From the NCBI GenBank assembly GCA_032718475.1, contig JAUCBJ010001313.1:1-52299 (forward strand): a DNA stretch of 52,299 nt. Reading direction: 5' to 3'. Position numbers and translations under genes: made by a program. Positions 48,463-52,299 of this stretch are shown one piece after another. Numbering within the stretch: the first letter of the stretch is position 1; every line of letters begins with the position of its first letter. Below the pieces are notes generated by a model, which ran no database searches, was not told the origin of the DNA, and was given only the letters and a program-made list of their open reading frames with translations. This stretch comes from Nemertoderma westbladi (Eukaryota; Animalia; Xenacoelomorpha).

Positions 48463-50106
48463 GGGGGGGGGGGGGGGGGGGGGGGTACACCCCCCCTCAG
48501 GTCAAAATTTTCGTTTTTTGTTTTTTTATTTTATCTAGAGTAGAATTTAATGCGGATTTCAAATCTGGAAACGGCTTAGCGAGATCTCTTTTACTTCTCG
48601 AGTAATGGCTGGTTTTCCGTCTGTATGTCTGTCTGTCTGTCCATCGAAATATTAAAAAGGGCATAAAATAAGCAATCTGAAATGTTTGCTGTTAGGATTT
48701 TTCTTCATGTCGATGTCTGTTTTCATATTTGGAATTATCTAATCACTATGTCTGTATCTCAGTCTGTCTCTCAGTTTGTCTGTCTGTCTGCTTCTGTTTG
48801 TCTGTCTGTCTGTCAACATGTCCGTCAAATTTTAATTAATATATATTTAATTGACATTTGTGAGTTTTGTATTACATATTGAACAATGTCTAATGGACTT
48901 GTTGTCTACTAGTAATAACAAATGTGAACCATCATATAACAAGAGCTAGCTAGTAATAATAATTCGGGGAAACAACCATAAATTTATTTTTTTTTAATTC
49001 CGCAGGCTCTGAGAATAATTCACGTGCTGCGCGAAGTCTTCATGTGCTGCATGAACTTTTCATGTGCCGCGTGAAGGCTTCTCATTCTGATTAAAATAAA
49101 AAGCTTTCCGAGGTGCTCGATTAATTAACGTGCTTTGTGAAGAATTTAAGTGCTACGTGAAACCTTCACCTGTTGCGCAAATGTCTCACGTGCTGCGCGA
49201 AGGTTCCACGTGCTGCGCAAAGCTTAATGTTCTGTGTAAAGGCTTATTATAAAATTATGCGGAAATTTTTATATAATTTTGAATGTTTCTTAAGGTTGTC
49301 TCATTATTCCATGACTATTTATTACTAAATGACGAAATAGTATGCGATCAAATTAATACGCCAAAATGAAATTTGTTCACGTGCTGCGCGAAGTGTTTTT
49401 TGGCAAGCACTCTAAATTATTTTAACAGGTTGTTAAAAGTGGGTAGGGGTTTTTTTGAACCAAATTTCATGAAATCCATTGAAAAATCACAAAATATGGA
49501 TAGGGGATAACCAATGGGAAAAGAAAAGGAGATACCAGTACTGAAAATAGCGGGAACATTTGAAATATATTGTTCTTAAACTTTAAATGCGTTTATCTCG
49601 GAATTGTATTTTTCACATTCAAAATACTACTACTCGGCCATTTCTTAACCAATTTTCGAAATTTTTTTTTGTTTGATTTCTTTTCGGGTTTTGATCAAAA
49701 GTTATCGGTTAGAATTTTGAATTGTGCCATATTAATTTCTTGAAATTAGTTAATATCTAATAAGTAATAATTAATATTAGTTAATAATATTTAAAAAATA
49801 TTTAAGACCTAAATAAAAAATGTAACCGATAAGTTTTGTGGAGCCGAGGATGCTGATTCAGAAAAACCAAGTTTCGAAAATTTTCGCCCAAAATTGTGAG
49901 ACTAGTAGTGTTTTTAATGAAATTAACAATTTCGCTGGTGGCCGCTAGAGGGCGACGAAAATTTGAAAATTTTTTTTTTGAACCCAATCTTTGGCCATAT
50001 GTTAATCCCCCGAAAGGTATAAAATATACAAAACTACACACAAGCAGAAATTATAGCCATTTGCAAAAAAGGTCCATAGGGGGGTGTACCCCCCCCCCCC
50101 CCCCCC
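48463..50106. mobile_element. Non-autonomous Kolobok-like DNA element, copy 2 (part of the tandem duplication)
   Basis: TTAA at 48459-48462 and 50107-50110; near-identical to 42203-43849 including its flanks. Confidence 0.7.
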
Positions 50107-50285
50107 TTAATTACTTGCATTGTATAAAACCAAATTAGCTGTTTGATTTGTTATTTTTTAGATGATACATTTTAAATTGTTGTCATTATAAATTAAGATT
50201 TATTTAAAGGAAAAATTGTGGATTTTTACATTCAAAAATACATTAGCTGTTATCGCCGCATCGTACAAAGTCTGCAGCCACTAGT

Positions 50286-52299
50286 GGGGACAATAGGGAA
50301 CGGGGGGACAATTAATAGGGAACTGCGGAAGGACAGGAAACTGGGGTACTGTGGTGATAATAGAGAACTGGAGAAGGACAGAAAACTGGGGGCCTATAGG
50401 GAATTGGGGGAAGGACAGAAAACTGGGGAACTGGAGGGACAATAGGGAGCTGGGGAGACAATAGGGAACTGGGGAGGGACAGAAAACTGGGGGCCTATAG
50501 GGAATTGGGGGAAGGACAGAAAACTGGGGGCCTATAGGGAATTGGGGGAAGGACAGAAAACTGGGGGCCTATAGGGAATTGGGGGAAGGACAGAAAACTG
50601 GGGGCCTATAGGGAATTGGGGGAAGGACAGAAAACTGGGGGCCTATAGGGAATTGGGGGAAGGACAGAAAACTGGGGGCCTATAGGGAATTGGGGAAGGA
50701 CAGAAAACTGGAGAACTGGAGGGACAATAGGGATCTGGGGAGACAATAGGGAACTGGGGAAGGACAGAAAACTGGGGGCCTATAGGCAATTGGGGGAAGG
50801 ACAGAAAACTGGGGGCCTATAGGGAATTGGGGGAAGGACAGAAAACTGGGGGCCTATAGGGAATTTGGGAAGGACAGAAAACTGGGGAACTGGAGGGACA
50901 ATAGGGATCTGGGGAGACAATAGGGAACTGGGGAAGGACAGAAAACTGGGGGCCTATAGGCAATTGGGGGAAGGACAGAAAACTGGGGGCCTATAGGGAA
51001 TTGGGGAAGGATAGAAAACTGGGGGCCTATAGGGAATTGGAGAAGGACAGAAAACTGGAGAACTGGAGGGACAATAGGGATCTGGGGAGACAATAGGGAA
51101 CTGGGGAAGGACAGAAAACTGGGGGCCTATAGGCAATTGGGGGAAGGACAGAAAACTGGGGGCCTATAGGGAATTGGGGGAAGGACAGAAAACTGGAGAA
51201 CTGGAGGGACAATAGGGATCTGGGGAGACAATAGGGAACTGGGGAAGGACAGAAAACTGGGGGCCTATAGGCAATTGGGGGAAGGACAGAAAACTGGGGG
51301 CCTATAGGGAATTGGGGGCCTATAGGGAATTGGGGGAAGGACAGAAAACAGAGGGCCTATAGGGAATTGGGGAAGGACAGAAAACTGGAGAACTGGAGGG
51401 ACAATAGGGATCTGGGGAGACAATAGGGAACTGGGGAAGGACAGAAAACTGGGGGCCTATAGGCAATTGGGGGAAGGACAGAAAACTGGGGGCCTATAGG
51501 GAATTGGGGGAAGGACAGAAAACTGGAGAACTGGAGGGACAATAGGGATCTGGGGAGACAATAGGGAACTGGGGGAAGGACATAAAACTCAGGGGGCCTA
51601 TAGGGAATTGGGGAAGGACAGAAAACTGGGGGCCTATAGGGAATTGGGGGAAGGACAGAAAACTGGGGGCCTATAGGCAATTGGGGGAAGGACAGAAAAC
51701 TGGGGGCCTATAGGGAATTGGGGGAAGGACAGAAAACTGGAGAACTGGAGGGACAATAGGGATCTGGGGAGACAATAGGGAACTGGGGGAAGGACATAAA
51801 ACTCAGGGGGCCTATAGGGAACTGGGGAAGGACAGAAAACTGGGGGCCTATAGGGAATTGGGGGAGGACAGAAAACTGGGGAACTGGAGGGACAATAGGG
51901 AGCTGGGGAGACAATAGGGAACTGGGGAAGGACAGAAAACTGGGGGCCTATAGGCAATTGGGGGAAGGACAGAAAACTGGGGGCCTATAGGGAATTGGGG
52001 GAAGGACAGAAAACTGAGGGCCTATAGGGAATTGGGGGAAGGACAGAAAACTGGGGAACTGGAGGGACAATAGGGAGCTGGGGAGACAATAGGGAACTGG
52101 GGAAGGACAGAAAACTGGGGGCCTATAGGCAATTGGGGGAAGGACAGAAAACTGAGGGCCTATAGGGAATTGGGGGAAGGACAGAAAACTGGAGAACTGG
52201 AGGGACAATAGGGATCTGGGGAGACAATAGGGAACTGGGGAAGGACAGAAAACTGGGGGCCTATAGGCAATTGGGGGAAGGACAGAAAACTGGGGGCCT
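50286..52299 (+). repeat. G-rich complex satellite, copy 2, runs off the window end
   Basis: Same 37/65-bp units and the same degenerate left edge as at 44030. Confidence 0.96.

Noticed and set aside
44415-52208. Many Pro-rich minus-strand ORFs
   Set aside because: Translations of the C-rich strand of the G-rich satellite, with constant frame switching

Overview
Repeat-dense eukaryotic (probably invertebrate animal) DNA with spliceosomal introns; nothing prokaryotic and no CRISPR. From left to right: a 53-bp satellite (1-3764); a 15.2-kb BEL/Pao LTR retrotransposon (4084-19283, TG...CA LTRs, TAAAT target-site duplication); a 44-bp satellite; and a minus-strand spliced gene for a ~100-aa nucleoplasmin-like (NPL, FKBP39-type) domain protein, whose first intron holds a ~1-kb spacerless palindrome. 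The BEL element has a decayed gag-protease, lacks RT and most of RNase H/integrase, carries an unexplained degenerate ~515-codon extra ORF in the env position, and has a 5'-truncated RTE-like LINE in its 3' LTR. Further right: a 52-bp satellite with higher-order structure; an intronless REXO5-like DEDDh exonuclease gene; and a 78-bp satellite split by two insertions, a CMC/EnSpm-like element carrying a spliced SAMD3-like pseudogene and a long-TIR element carrying a BEL gag fragment. The window ends in a ~6.26-kb tandem duplication of [78-bp array + Kolobok-like TTAA element + G-rich satellite]. All family assignments come from motifs recognised by eye, and difference counts are manual and approximate.
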